Shown piece after piece: positions 51,289 through 61,915 of a DNA stretch of 64,000 bases (position 1 is the first letter of the stretch; each line of letters starts with the position of its first letter). This stretch comes from Negativicutes bacterium. Lineage in GTDB: Bacteria > Bacillota > Negativicutes > UBA1444. Location of the stretch: the NCBI GenBank assembly GCA_963665275.2, contig CAXXIN010000019.1:1-64000 (forward strand), given 5' to 3'. The notes beneath the pieces were generated by a model. The model searched no databases, was not told where the DNA came from, and worked only from the letters and a program-made list of their open reading frames with translations. A program made the translations under genes and the position numbers.

Positions 51289-52671
51289 TTATTTCTTGCG
51301 GCGACAAGATGGCATGATCTCAAGCTCTTCCCGATACTTGGCCACAGTTCGCCGTGATACGGCGACACCTTGCTTGATCAGTAGTTCCGTCAGCGCCTGG
51401 TCGCTCAGCGGATGGATCGGATCTTCCGCCGCTACCAGTTCGCGGATCTCGCGTTTTACGCGGGTTGCAGACATCGTACTGCCATCCACCGCCGACACAC
51501 CGGCGGAAAAAAAAGATCGAAGGCTGAACAACCCATGCGCAGTCGCAACATATTTATTGGCGGTAGCCCGACTGACAGTCGATTCATGAACACCCACCCG
51601 GTCGGCCACTTGTTTCATGGTCATCGGCAACAGATGCCGGGAACCGATATCAAAAAAATCAGGCTGCACTTCAATGATCGTCTGCATCACTTTTTGCAGG
51701 GTCTGTCTGCGTTGCTCGATGCTGCGGATCAGCCAAAGGGCGCTGCCGATCCGACCCTCGATAAATTTGCGGGCATCGCCGTCCGTATCACGGGCCATCC
51801 GCTTGTAATATGGATTTACCCGCAGAGCAGGCACCTGGGTGTCGTTGATCAGAATGATATATTCATCATCAATTTTACGGACAGTAATGTCCGGGATGAC
51901 ATAACTACAGGGACTTGCCGCAGATATTGCGGACCCTGGCTTGGGGTTGAGGGTACGAATCAGCTGCATCGCCTTGCGCACTTCATCCGCCGTCACGCCT
52001 AGTTTGCCGGCAATCCATGCATATCGGCCAGAAGCGGCTGCCTCCAAATATTCGCCTACAAGCCGCTCAACAAGCGGATCGGTGATGCCGCGCTGACGAA
52101 GCTGAATCTGCAGACATTCCTGCAAATTCCGGGCCCCCACGCCAGCCGGGTCAAATCCCTGTATCAGCGTCAAAAGGCTTTCCACCTTCATTGCCGGCAA
52201 TTTGAGCGAAGCAGCGGCATCTTCCACCGAACAGGTAAAATAACCGTTATCATCGATACAACCAATCAGATAGCACCCCGCGAATCGCTCCTGACGGTTC
52301 AGGCTCATCAAATCCAGCTGGAGTTCAAGGTGTTCACGCAGTGACATTCCACAGGCAGCTACATCATGGTTTTCGGATTCGCCGGAATCAGTTCGGGTAT
52401 AAAGCCCGCGGCTGCCACCCTCGCTGAAATAATCGGCCCAGTCGAAATAATCCGGTGCCGGTACGGGAATCGGCTCCGGAGCTTCCGGCAAAGAGACATC
52501 CTTTTCCGGCGGATCTATTTGGTCCAGCACTGGATTATCCAGCAGTTCCTGTTGCACCAGTTCCGCCAGATCCAGTGCCGACAACTGAAGAATCGTGATG
52601 GCCTGACAGAGTTGCGGAGTCATGACCAACTTCTGTGACAAATCGAGGCTCAGTCCCATGTCCAGGTGCAT
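51289..52671 (-). CDS. rpoN: RNA polymerase sigma-54 factor
   Basis: MTPQL.QAI.ILQL, PAGVGARNL.ECL, HESTVSRA, RpoN box SRRTVAKYRE. Confidence 0.96.
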   Translation of the reverse strand: MHLDMGLSLDLSQKLVMTPQLCQAITILQLSALDLAELVQQELLDNPVLDQIDPPEKDVSLPEAPEPIPVPAPDYFDWADYFSEGGSRGLYTRTDSGESENHDVAACGMSLREHLELQLDLMSLNRQERFAGCYLIGCIDDNGYFTCSVEDAAASLKLPAMKVESLLTLIQGFDPAGVGARNLQECLQIQLRQRGITDPLVERLVGEYLEAAASGRYAWIAGKLGVTADEVRKAMQLIRTLNPKPGSAISAASPCSYVIPDITVRKIDDEYIILINDTQVPALRVNPYYKRMARDTDGDARKFIEGRIGSALWLIRSIEQRRQTLQKVMQTIIEVQPDFFDIGSRHLLPMTMKQVADRVGVHESTVSRATANKYVATAHGLFSLRSFFSAGVSAVDGSTMSATRVKREIRELVAAEDPIHPLSDQALTELLIKQGVAVSRRTVAKYREELEIMPSCRRKK

Positions 52672-52794
52672 CTCAATCCTCCTTTCCGGAAGCGGTTGCA
52701 TCACAGCAATCGCTCATTTCACCGTTCAATCTGACACACTAATCTAAAATATTATCACTTGTAGTAAATTCGCCATAAAACTCAAATACCCTCT

Positions 52795-54156
52795 TCAGTT
52801 TGACCCCTGACCCTGTCGTTGCAAGCCAATCTGTACCGCAATTGCACATTCCAGACGTTTTTTCTGCAATTCGCACCCCAGTTGGTAAGGAATCCCGATC
52901 GTCCCGTTATAAGCGTGCGCATTCGCATGACAGCCGCCGCTGCAATAGAAGCGTGCCCAGCATTCACGACATTCGGCTTTGGTCAGCACATGGGCCTGGC
53001 GGAACTCGTCACACAGCTCCCGGCGGTCGATGCCGGTAAAGACGCTACCAACCTTGAAGTCATCGCGTCCGACAAACTGATGGCAAGGATACAGATCTCC
53101 TGTCGGAGTTACTGCGAAATATTCGTGCCCGGCGCCACAACCGCTGAGACGTTTCACCAGGCAGGGGCCGTTATGCAAATCCACATTAAAATGGAAGAAT
53201 TCGAAGCCGTTTCCTTCAGCTTTTCGCCTGAGATATTCCGCCGCCAAAAGCTCATACTGCCGGTATAGTTCGGGTAAGTGCGCCTCCGTCAGCCCATACG
53301 GTGCATCCTTGCCAACTACCGGCTCCACCGACAATCGCCGAAAGCCCTCATCGGCCAGATCCAGCACATCCGCCGCAAAGTCCAGATTATACGCCGTATA
53401 GGTTCCCCGCGCATAATAGTTTTCCCCCCGCCGAGAGTCCACCGCATTGTGCATGTTCGCGACCACCAGATCGTAGCTTCCCGCTCCATCGGCAAAAGGC
53501 CGCATTTTGTCATGCACTTCACGGCGCCCGTCAATACTGAGAATCAGCTGGATATTCTCCTGATTCAGAAAATCGAGAATCTCCTGGTTCAGCAAAACCG
53601 TATTGGTCGTCAGCGTCAGATTGAAATGTTTCCCAGTTTCGGTCTCCCGCCGGCGAATATGCGCCACGGCTGCCCGTACTGTCTCCATATTCAGCAGCGG
53701 TTCCCCGCCAAAGAAATCTATTTCGGCATTTTTACGGTTTCCGCCATTCTCCAGTAGAAAGTCGACTGCCCGGCAGGCGACTTCCGGCGTCATCAGGCCC
53801 CGGTCATGCCCGAACGATCCAGTCCCGGCAAAGCAGTAGCCGCATCGGAGGTTACAGTCATGCGCGATATGCAGGCAAAGCGACTTCACGATCGGTTTCG
53901 CTGCAAATACCGGCGGGATTTGTGCCGCTGGGCTGAACAGCCCACCCGCATCCATCAACTCATGTAACTCCGCCAAAATTTCCCGCACGGTTTCCTCACC
54001 GAACTTCGGCGCGAAAGCGTCCACCACGGCCGCATCATTCGTCCCGTCGAAAACATCCATGATCCGGTAAGAGGTCTCATCCAGCACATGAACTGCACCG
54101 CTGTTGACATCCAGCAAAATGTATTCCCCATTGACTTGAAACTTGTGAATATTCAT
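52795..54156 (-). CDS. scfB: SCIFF/ranthipeptide radical SAM maturase (SPASM)
   Basis: LDVNSG.VH, CNLRCGYC, DFFGGEPL, GCGAG.EY, YPCHQF, C..CWARFYCSGGC. Confidence 0.93.
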   Translation of the reverse strand: MNIHKFQVNGEYILLDVNSGAVHVLDETSYRIMDVFDGTNDAAVVDAFAPKFGEETVREILAELHELMDAGGLFSPAAQIPPVFAAKPIVKSLCLHIAHDCNLRCGYCFAGTGSFGHDRGLMTPEVACRAVDFLLENGGNRKNAEIDFFGGEPLLNMETVRAAVAHIRRRETETGKHFNLTLTTNTVLLNQEILDFLNQENIQLILSIDGRREVHDKMRPFADGAGSYDLVVANMHNAVDSRRGENYYARGTYTAYNLDFAADVLDLADEGFRRLSVEPVVGKDAPYGLTEAHLPELYRQYELLAAEYLRRKAEGNGFEFFHFNVDLHNGPCLVKRLSGCGAGHEYFAVTPTGDLYPCHQFVGRDDFKVGSVFTGIDRRELCDEFRQAHVLTKAECRECWARFYCSGGCHANAHAYNGTIGIPYQLGCELQKKRLECAIAVQIGLQRQGQGSN

Positions 54157-54240
54157 TAAAAACCCACCCATCATAAAGCAAGCCCCCGGCGGCTTGTCGC
54201 CAGGGGCTTCTCAAATTGGTCTGCTAATCAGATTGTTGAG

Positions 54241-54381
54241 CTATTTCTGGCAGCCCTGGTTGCTTACTGTGCAGGATGTCTTACAGGCCGACTGGCAAGA
54301 AGTCTGGCATTCGCCGCAACCGCCGGTTGTGGCTGTTTTAGCGAGTGGTGCATCATTTACGGTCTGGATATGCTTTCCCAT
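54241..54381 (-). CDS. scfA: Six-cysteine ranthipeptide precursor SCIFF (46 aa, absent from the ORF track)
   Basis: MGKHIQTVNDAPLAKTATTGGCGECQTSCQSACKTSCTVSNQGCQK; AGGAGGG RBS. Confidence 0.95.
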   Translation of the reverse strand: MGKHIQTVNDAPLAKTATTGGCGECQTSCQSACKTSCTVSNQGCQK

Positions 54382-54463
54382 GTGAATCTTCCCTCCTGGT
54401 TCATTGTTTTACTATATTGTTTAGCTACATTCTATCGCTTTTTGAGATGTCAGGCAATAGCCT

Positions 54464-55534
54464 TCACTGCGCCGGAACAAGCATCAGCCGAACCGGCAGG
54501 TTGGAAGCGCCGGGCGGCGACAAGGTCACCCACAGAGATTCCCCTGCAGTAAATTCGGCAATCATCTCAAAATCCGCCAGCGTGTCGATCCCAAAGGCAT
54601 AGGTTCGGGACGGAGTCCCAACCAGTTTGTGTTCAGTTTTTGTTTTTACGGCAACCCAGCCGGTATAAGCTCCTCCACGGGGATTCAGATAACAGCGGAT
54701 CTTGCCTTTCCCGGTCGTGGGTATCATCAGACGATAAACAACGCCATAGTTTCCCTGATTCTGAACAGCCTTCCCGTTGGTAACATCCAGGCCAGCCAAA
54801 AACGGATCAATATCCCCATCGCCGATCGTAATCGCCACAGCCGCGTCAGTTCCCGGATCGTAGGGGCGCTTACCGATCAACACCCTGTCACCATGGGTAA
54901 AGCTGCCCCGGAGGTGCGGCTTCCATTGAGCGAGCGGCACTATATCATAAAGAGGAACTACGGCCGCCGGATCTCCTAGTTCGGGAATCGCAGCCACTAC
55001 CAGCCGAACTTCCTGATCCACGCGAAAATCAATCATGCCTGTCAAAATCATCTGGGGTGACAGGGCCAGGCTAGCTTTCCCGGCCGGCAGCATCACGCTT
55101 TTTCCTGCTGCCAGATCGAACTTATTCGGTCGGTCAGCCTTTAGGTATTCGCTTTGGATATCCCGGCCAGCTTTCATATAATCAGGTCCGGGTCCACTCA
55201 CGCCATAACGGAGCACATCCACCTTGGCAGGTACACTCCCGGAGTTGAACAACATGGCAACAATGCGTTTTTTCTCAGTCATGGCATTGACATGATGAAA
55301 AAACAGGCGCACATCCCCCTTTACTTTATCCTGATATAAGATCCCTTCCTGGGCAACATCCTCAGGACTATCCGACAGTATCAACCGAACACCTGACTCA
55401 GAGGCAGCAACCGGCCATTCCGGCAAAATATCGGCCATATCCGACAAGCGCGGTGGCGCCGCCATAACGGCAGTCATCAGGCACATATTGATCAGGCATG
55501 CAAACAGAGTTAACTTCCAGTATCTCATATTCAT
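54464..55534 (-). CDS. Secreted hypothetical protein
   Basis: Signal peptide; SDSPE..GILY.D, RLFFHH.N, GNYGVVY, NPRGG, PPGASNLP; translationally coupled to the deacetylase. Confidence 0.75.
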   Translation of the reverse strand: MNMRYWKLTLFACLINMCLMTAVMAAPPRLSDMADILPEWPVAASESGVRLILSDSPEDVAQEGILYQDKVKGDVRLFFHHVNAMTEKKRIVAMLFNSGSVPAKVDVLRYGVSGPGPDYMKAGRDIQSEYLKADRPNKFDLAAGKSVMLPAGKASLALSPQMILTGMIDFRVDQEVRLVVAAIPELGDPAAVVPLYDIVPLAQWKPHLRGSFTHGDRVLIGKRPYDPGTDAAVAITIGDGDIDPFLAGLDVTNGKAVQNQGNYGVVYRLMIPTTGKGKIRCYLNPRGGAYTGWVAVKTKTEHKLVGTPSRTYAFGIDTLADFEMIAEFTAGESLWVTLSPPGASNLPVRLMLVPAQ

Positions 55535-56292
55535 ACTCCCAGTCGATCCGCCAACTGCAGCCACCACAACCGGGCCCGCAGGTCCCAGAGACCAAAACGG
55601 GATCGTGGTACACTCAGTCGACGGATCATATAAAGATTCTCCCCCGGATGATTGACCCCAACTACCGACGAACAGGCCGCCGAATAACCGGTCCGACCCA
55701 GCAGATTTACCACCGCTGGAGCAGTTTCACCAAAAGGGTTGGCGAAGATGGGCGCCGAAGCCGGCAGATTGTTTTCCAGCATAAGCCGCGAAGAAAGCAA
55801 TTCTCGCTCCAGTTCCTTCAGATTGATCTCGTTCAGGGTGTAATGGTTGACGGTATGCGATCCGAGCTCCATGCCGCCCTCGCTCATTTTACGGGCCTGT
55901 TCCCAGGTCATGTAGCCCATTTGTCCGATTTTGCCTGTCACGACAAAAAACGTACCCCGCATCTGCTGTCGCACCAAGATGGGAAAGGCGGCTGAATAGT
56001 TGTCTTCATACCCGTCGTCGAAGGTAATGACGACCGGGCGGGACGGCAGCTGCGTCGCACCGGACAACCCGGCCGCCAGCTCCATCACGCTCACCGTCGT
56101 ATATCCCTGGTCCCGCAAAAAGACCAGTTGTTTTTCGAAGTCAGCCGCACTCGTATTAAACCATTCCGGCCCATCGCCGATATGATGGTAAGTCAGGACC
56201 GGCACTCCAGACCCCGGCGATACGAGCCAAGCCATAACCCCCACTGCCAACAGCAGCACTGCCAGAAGTGTAAGTAACCCGCGCCGCCTCAT
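55531..56292 (-). CDS. Polysaccharide deacetylase (CE4, IcaB/YadE-like)
   Basis: PVLTYHH, ITFDDGY, GSHT..H; N-terminal anchor. Confidence 0.9.
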   Translation of the reverse strand: MRRRGLLTLLAVLLLAVGVMAWLVSPGSGVPVLTYHHIGDGPEWFNTSAADFEKQLVFLRDQGYTTVSVMELAAGLSGATQLPSRPVVITFDDGYEDNYSAAFPILVRQQMRGTFFVVTGKIGQMGYMTWEQARKMSEGGMELGSHTVNHYTLNEINLKELERELLSSRLMLENNLPASAPIFANPFGETAPAVVNLLGRTGYSAACSSVVGVNHPGENLYMIRRLSVPRSRFGLWDLRARLWWLQLADRLGV

Positions 56293-57230
56293 GATGGATC
56301 AGCGTCCCTTAATTCTTCAGCGATTTGCTCCAGCGCCCTTAGCCGGTGACTCATTCCTGAACGGCTGATTTTGCCGTCAAAGGCTTCCACCAATTCCTGC
56401 AGGGTCGCTTCCGGATTCGCCAACCGCAGCTCCGCGACATCCCTCAACGGTCGCGGCAAGGAGTCAAGCCCCCGGTGGCTGCTAATCCGGCGAATCCCCT
56501 CGATCTGACGCACAGCGGCATTCACGGTTTTTGCCAGATTGGCTGTTTCGCAGTTCACCAGACGGTTTACCTGATTGCGCATGCCTTTTACGATCCGGAC
56601 ATTTTCGAACTCGAGCAGCGCCTCGTGCGCGCCCACAATGCTCAAAAACGACGTAATGGCGTCCCCTTCCTTCATGTACACGACGAAATCCTGTTTGCGC
56701 GTCGACATCCCGGCCGCAAGACCAAAGGACTTCAGCGAAGCCGCCAAAGTTCCGGCGAAGCCCTCATTAGGAGTCACCAGTTCGAGATGATACTCCACCT
56801 CGGGCCGGTTAATGGAACCGCCGCCGAGAAAAGCGCCCCGCAGCCATGCTTTGCGGCAACAGGCCTTCCGCGGCAGGCTGACAGGAAATTCAAGCAGTGC
56901 GCCTTCGCCCAGAATCCCCATGTGTTCGAGAAATTGCCCAACTATCGGAGATGGCGGCGCCTTCAGTTCATAGGAATTGTTTTTTTTCAGGCGTAGGGCT
57001 CGTGTCACCTTTACCTCAATGTCGACAATGCCTGCTTTTTTTAAAGACCGTAGCACCTTACGCGCTACCGCGGCATTTTCCGTAACGAATTTTATCCCAA
57101 GCCGCCCCTTGCCGCCGAACGAAACAACCCCACCCATCCAAAGCAACGCTGAGAGCTCCGACTGTTCGCAGCAGGCGGACTCTTCTTCCATCCGCACCAG
57201 TTCATTTTTCACCTCACCGGCAAATGACAA
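56289..57230 (-). CDS. whiA: DNA-binding protein WhiA
   Basis: SF..EVKNEL, LRGAFL.GGS, YHLE, NRLVNCETANL. Confidence 0.94.
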   Translation of the reverse strand: MSFAGEVKNELVRMEEESACCEQSELSALLWMGGVVSFGGKGRLGIKFVTENAAVARKVLRSLKKAGIVDIEVKVTRALRLKKNNSYELKAPPSPIVGQFLEHMGILGEGALLEFPVSLPRKACCRKAWLRGAFLGGGSINRPEVEYHLELVTPNEGFAGTLAASLKSFGLAAGMSTRKQDFVVYMKEGDAITSFLSIVGAHEALLEFENVRIVKGMRNQVNRLVNCETANLAKTVNAAVRQIEGIRRISSHRGLDSLPRPLRDVAELRLANPEATLQELVEAFDGKISRSGMSHRLRALEQIAEELRDADPS

Positions 57231-57259
57231 CAGAAATCCTCCCTTATGACCCAGATTAT

Positions 57260-58612
57260 CTAAACGTCTGTATCCATCGCGGGGTCAACACGTTTCTCTC
57301 CGTTTTCCGGCTGATATTTTTTATTCCGGCGTCGATCCAGCGTTGCGAGCACAATTTTCGCCAGCCGCTCAGGATCGTGCCTTACCCAGTTGGTTTCACT
57401 GATCATCTGCGCTGGAATGACTCTGACCCCCAGGAGTTCAAGCTCCGGAATATCAGCCTCGACCGGACAGGCGCCCCCTCTCGCGTAATTATCCAGCAGA
57501 CAGGAATCGATATTCTCAACATTAACCAGCACACAGTCAACGATTCCCGGTCCGGCATGCTCGAATAGAGCCCGCACATGATCAGAAGCCGTGTAGCTGT
57601 CCGTTTCGCCTGGCTGAGTCATCACATTACAGACATACATCCGCTCCGCCTTTGTTTCCCGAAGCGCTCCGGTTATCTCGCGCACGAGCAAATTCGGAAT
57701 TATACTGGTATACAGACTTCCCGGCCCCAGCACAACAATATCGGCGCTCAAAATCGCATCGATCGCACTCTTGACAGCTGGAACGTCCGCCGGTTCCATT
57801 TTGATGCGGCGAATGCATTTAAATGCGCCGGAAATTTCGGATTCTCCATTCACTACCGTTCCATCCGTCATTTCCGCAGACAGTTTCACCGGGATCGCTG
57901 AAGCAGGAAGAACCTGACCGCGGACAGCCAATACCCGGCTGGACTCCTGCAGAGCTTTTTCCACATCCCCGCCCACCACCTGCATCATCGCGGCTATGAA
58001 GAGATTGCCGAAGCTGTGTCCCGCCAGATCACCCTCTCCGAGAAAGCGATATTGAAACAATTTTTCCATCAGGGGTTCCGTATCGGCCAAAGCCACCAGA
58101 CAACTTCGCAGATCTCCCGGCGGCACAATCCCCAATTCGTTACGGAGACGACCGGAGGAGCCGCCGTCATCCGCCACTGTGACAATGGCGGTCAAATTGC
58201 TGGTGTAACGCTTCAACCCACGCAAGAGAGTCGATAAGCCGGTCCCGCCGCCGATGACGACAACAGAAGGTCCTTTGTCCAGCCGGCGTTTTTGATAAAT
58301 GATATCCACCAGGCGATTCGCACCCTCAGGCGCCACCGCGTCGATGATCGATCGAATAATGCGACGCATGGCGTAAAACATCGTCCCCAGGCCGAGGCAC
58401 AGCACAACGGCTCCGACCAGCGTCGGCATCCAGCCGTAATAATTACCGGTCATCCGGTAGATGAACCAAAACAGACCGCCTTCCACCAATCCGATGAAGC
58501 GGTAATTCAACAGCAGCGCCAAGCTGAACCCGGCAGCCACGACGCCACCGGCGAACAGAAAGAACCAGCGCTTGATGCGCATTCCTGGATACAGAAGTTT
58601 CAGCAAGGCCAT
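57260..58612 (-). CDS. yvcK: YvcK/GlmR (UPF0052) with N-terminal TM extension
   Basis: GGGTGLS, VTVADDGGSSGRLR, PPGD, GHSFGNL, GPGSLYTS, RHD. Confidence 0.93.
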   Translation of the reverse strand: MALLKLLYPGMRIKRWFFLFAGGVVAAGFSLALLLNYRFIGLVEGGLFWFIYRMTGNYYGWMPTLVGAVVLCLGLGTMFYAMRRIIRSIIDAVAPEGANRLVDIIYQKRRLDKGPSVVVIGGGTGLSTLLRGLKRYTSNLTAIVTVADDGGSSGRLRNELGIVPPGDLRSCLVALADTEPLMEKLFQYRFLGEGDLAGHSFGNLFIAAMMQVVGGDVEKALQESSRVLAVRGQVLPASAIPVKLSAEMTDGTVVNGESEISGAFKCIRRIKMEPADVPAVKSAIDAILSADIVVLGPGSLYTSIIPNLLVREITGALRETKAERMYVCNVMTQPGETDSYTASDHVRALFEHAGPGIVDCVLVNVENIDSCLLDNYARGGACPVEADIPELELLGVRVIPAQMISETNWVRHDPERLAKIVLATLDRRRNKKYQPENGEKRVDPAMDTDV

Positions 58613-58615
58613 GAT

Positions 58616-59494
58616 CTATTCCTCAACAACATTCTGTTTGATATCCCGGTGTTCGAGAGAAACCTGATAGCCTTGCGCGTGCAGGGAATCGCGAATCTTC
58701 GAGGCCACGAAAACCGACCGGTGAAGGCCGCCGGTACATCCCACAGCAATCACCAGCTGACTTTTCCCTTCTTTCACATAGTGCGGAATCAAAAAATCGA
58801 TGAAGGATTGCAACCGACTCAAAAACTGGTGGGTAACCGGCCATTTATCGATATACTCCCGCACCAGGGGATTTTCTCCTGTCTTACGGCGTAACGGCTC
58901 CACATAAAACGGGTTGGGCAGGAACCTGACATCATACACCATGTCGGCATCGAGCGGGATCCCGTATTTGAAACCGAATGACACGACATTGATATGGAGA
59001 CGGAAAACTTCGCTGCCACTTTCGTACAGTTCGGTAATCCGGGCCTTCAGGTCCTTCGTTGTCATATTGGACGTATCGATGATATGGGTAGCCCGGCCCC
59101 GGACATACTCGAGCCGGTCGCGTTCCTGCCGGATTCCCTCGCTGATTCGCCCCTCAGGGGCCAAAGGATGACGTCGCCGGGTCTCCTTGTAACGATGAAT
59201 AAGAGTCTCGTCGGATGCCTCCAAAAACAGCACTTCCGACATCAGGTTCTGCTGATCCATTTCTCCCAGCACCTGCATCAATTGGTCGAAAAACTCACCG
59301 CCCCGGATGTCCACCACCAGAGCGATTCTTTTCACTTTGCCAGCGGACTGCTCGCAAAGCTCGGCGAATTTCGGGATTAACGCCGGCGGCAGGTTATCGA
59401 CGCAAAAGTAGCCAAGGTCTTCCATAAACCGCATGACCTGGGTTTTGCCGGCGCCAGACATGCCTGTAATAATCACGAGTCGGGGATTTTCCAT
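58616..59494 (-). CDS. rapZ: RNase adapter RapZ/YvcJ
   Basis: GMSGAGKT, VDNLPP, TRRRHPL, SFGFKYG, DVRFLPNP, GCTGG.HRSV. Confidence 0.95.
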   Translation of the reverse strand: MENPRLVIITGMSGAGKTQVMRFMEDLGYFCVDNLPPALIPKFAELCEQSAGKVKRIALVVDIRGGEFFDQLMQVLGEMDQQNLMSEVLFLEASDETLIHRYKETRRRHPLAPEGRISEGIRQERDRLEYVRGRATHIIDTSNMTTKDLKARITELYESGSEVFRLHINVVSFGFKYGIPLDADMVYDVRFLPNPFYVEPLRRKTGENPLVREYIDKWPVTHQFLSRLQSFIDFLIPHYVKEGKSQLVIAVGCTGGLHRSVFVASKIRDSLHAQGYQVSLEHRDIKQNVVEE

Positions 59495-59511
59495 TCAACA
59501 GATCCCTCCTA

Positions 59512-60243
59512 TCACACCGCTACCGGAGAATGGTTGGTACGGCGGTTCAAATGGTTGAGTACGCGTTCAATCGAAGTATTGAGCACCTGTTCTTCCGGAA
59601 TGCCGTTTTTCGCCAGAAGTTCCGCCGCTACAGAAAACTCACCGACTGTTTCACAAAAATGGCTGTCGGATCCGACGATCAGTTTCGTGCCAAGCTCTCT
59701 GGCCAACCCTACGATTTTGTCGCAATATGGCAGGCTGCCTTTGCGGGAAACCGTGAGGGAACTGTTGTTCACCTCGAGCGCAATCCCGCAGCGCGTGGCT
59801 TCTTGAACCACTGCTTCTTCGTCGATGAGATATTCGGGATTGCCCGGATGAACGATCACATCCACAAACGGGTTCTGCATCGCCGAGCACAGCATGGCCG
59901 TGTTTTCGATTATTGTTCCATACGGCGCACAAACAGTATGTAACCCCACAGCCACGATATCGAGCTTGGCCAGACGGATTTCGTCCAAGTCCAGCTTGCC
60001 GAGCCGATCCATCACGTTGGCTTCGATCCCCTTCAGCACACGGACTCCGAACAGGGTATCCGGCATCGCCGTCTGATTGGAAAAATGATATGCATGAGCT
60101 CCGCCCGGCATTCCTGGTCCATGATCCGTCAGGGCGATCATCGCCAGTCCCTTGTCAGCCGCCACTCGCGCAATTTCCTTGACCGTGCTGTAGGCGTGGC
60201 CGCTGGCTACCGTATGAACATGCAAATCTGCAACAAACTGCAT
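59512..60243 (-). CDS. PHP-family phosphatase (YcdX-like)
   Basis: DLHVHT.ASGHAYS, TDHGP, HPGNP, EVNNSS, GSDSH. Confidence 0.9.
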   Translation of the reverse strand: MQFVADLHVHTVASGHAYSTVKEIARVAADKGLAMIALTDHGPGMPGGAHAYHFSNQTAMPDTLFGVRVLKGIEANVMDRLGKLDLDEIRLAKLDIVAVGLHTVCAPYGTIIENTAMLCSAMQNPFVDVIVHPGNPEYLIDEEAVVQEATRCGIALEVNNSSLTVSRKGSLPYCDKIVGLARELGTKLIVGSDSHFCETVGEFSVAAELLAKNGIPEEQVLNTSIERVLNHLNRRTNHSPVAV

Positions 60244-60382
60244 AGTATCACCTCGTTTTTTATTATACAGTATTTGCGCCCAAACTGCCTTACCCTCCCC
60301 GCAGTATTTTAGCGGCAGGAACCTGTCCGGGTCTTGTTGAATGTTTTAGAATGACCAGTTGAGGGAAAAGGGAGAGTGCTCG

Positions 60383-61048
60383 ATGATTCCCCTACGTGAC
60401 AACATCCACCCCAATACCATCCCCTTCGTCACTGTCGCTTTGATCGCCGCCAATATCGGCGCGTTCGTGACAGAGCTCAAGTGGACGCCGGGCGAACTAA
60501 AGACCTGGGTTTCCGCCCTGGGCATGATCCCCGCACGCCTCGCGGAAGCCGCGAATTCCGGTTCCCTGGATCCCGCCGCCTATCTTCCTCTTGTCACCAG
60601 CCTTTTTCTGCATGGCGGTTGGTTGCACATCATCGGCAACATGTGGTTCCTGTGGCTGTTTGGCTCCAGCGTGGAGTATTGCCTAGGTCACGCCAATTTT
60701 TTGACGTTCTATTTCGTCTGTGGAATCATCTCGAATCTGGCCCAGGCCGCTTTTGACCCTGCATCCACCGTTCCCGTCATCGGCGCCAGCGGCGCGATTT
60801 CCGGCATTTTGGGCGCTTATGCGGTTTGTTTTCCCCATGCCAAGATCAAAACGTTGCTGTTTCTGGTGTTCATTTTCACCATCGTGGAAATTCCGGCCCT
60901 GGCCTTCTTGACCATCTGGTTCGTCTATCAGCTGCAAAGCGGCACTGCCGCTCTATCCATGGGTGGATCGGGAATCGCCTGGTGGGCTCATGTCGGCGGT
61001 TTTGTGGCCGGCGCTCTGCTCAATCGTTTTTGGATAAAAAGGCACTGA
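60383..61048 (+). CDS. Rhomboid intramembrane serine protease
   Basis: FLHGG..H..GNM, GASGA, AHVGG. Confidence 0.93.
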   Translation: MIPLRDNIHPNTIPFVTVALIAANIGAFVTELKWTPGELKTWVSALGMIPARLAEAANSGSLDPAAYLPLVTSLFLHGGWLHIIGNMWFLWLFGSSVEYCLGHANFLTFYFVCGIISNLAQAAFDPASTVPVIGASGAISGILGAYAVCFPHAKIKTLLFLVFIFTIVEIPALAFLTIWFVYQLQSGTAALSMGGSGIAWWAHVGGFVAGALLNRFWIKRH

Positions 61049-61169
61049 CTTTGATGTGAAGTTACAATTCAGTTAAATAGGATATCAAAATTGACTTGTC
61101 GAATTCTTCATTTGTGTAAGTTAAGCTATCATTTTATGGATCCATTATTATTTGGACAAGGAGTATCGC

Positions 61170-61877
61170 TTGAACAAGAATTTTTCTTTCCCGCGAATCT
61201 ACACACTCACCTTTTCGTGCTTGATCGCCCTGTCAATGCAGCTGGGGACGATATGCGCCGAGGGGAGTTGGCAAACACATCCTACGACTAGCTGCAAAGT
61301 CTGGAATGCTGATCCAGGCACGGATATGACCTTCACTTGGACAGGGAACTGCAAGAGCGGTTACATCGAGGGGCCCGGAACGCTGCAATGGTTTGAAAAA
61401 GGCGTGCCTGGCGACAAATATGTTGGCCAATATTTGCGGGGAAAGGCGCATGGCCGAGGCGTCTTCACCTGGTCCTCTCCCGCTGCCCGCTACGAAGGCG
61501 ACTTTCTTGATGGCCAGCGCGCAGGCAAAGGCATCCAGTTTTTCGCCAATGGAGATCGCTACGAAGGAGATTGGCGTAGCGACCTGCCCAATGGCAAAGG
61601 TCTCTATATCTGGATCAACGAAGACCGTTACCATGGAGATTTCGTTGACGGAAAACCGCAGGGCAAAGGCGTTGAAATCTGGACTGATGGAACCCGTTAC
61701 GAAGGCGACTTCGCCAACGGCCTGCCAAATGGCAAAGGCATCAAAACCTGGATCAAAGGCGCCCGCTACGAAGGGGACTTTCTCAATGGGAAGATGCACG
61801 GATACGGCGTCATTACACTCAGGAACGGCCGGGAGTTTCGAGGCAGATGGGAGAATGACAACTACCTGGGACCGTAG
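61170..61877 (+). CDS. Secreted MORN-repeat protein
   Basis: About six YEGDF..G..(N/H)GKG repeats of roughly 23 aa; TTG start after AAGGAG. Confidence 0.88.
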   Translation: MNKNFSFPRIYTLTFSCLIALSMQLGTICAEGSWQTHPTTSCKVWNADPGTDMTFTWTGNCKSGYIEGPGTLQWFEKGVPGDKYVGQYLRGKAHGRGVFTWSSPAARYEGDFLDGQRAGKGIQFFANGDRYEGDWRSDLPNGKGLYIWINEDRYHGDFVDGKPQGKGVEIWTDGTRYEGDFANGLPNGKGIKTWIKGARYEGDFLNGKMHGYGVITLRNGREFRGRWENDNYLGP

Positions 61878-61915
61878 TCCTGGTCACAAAAACCTGAAAC
61901 AGACAGGGGGGCACC

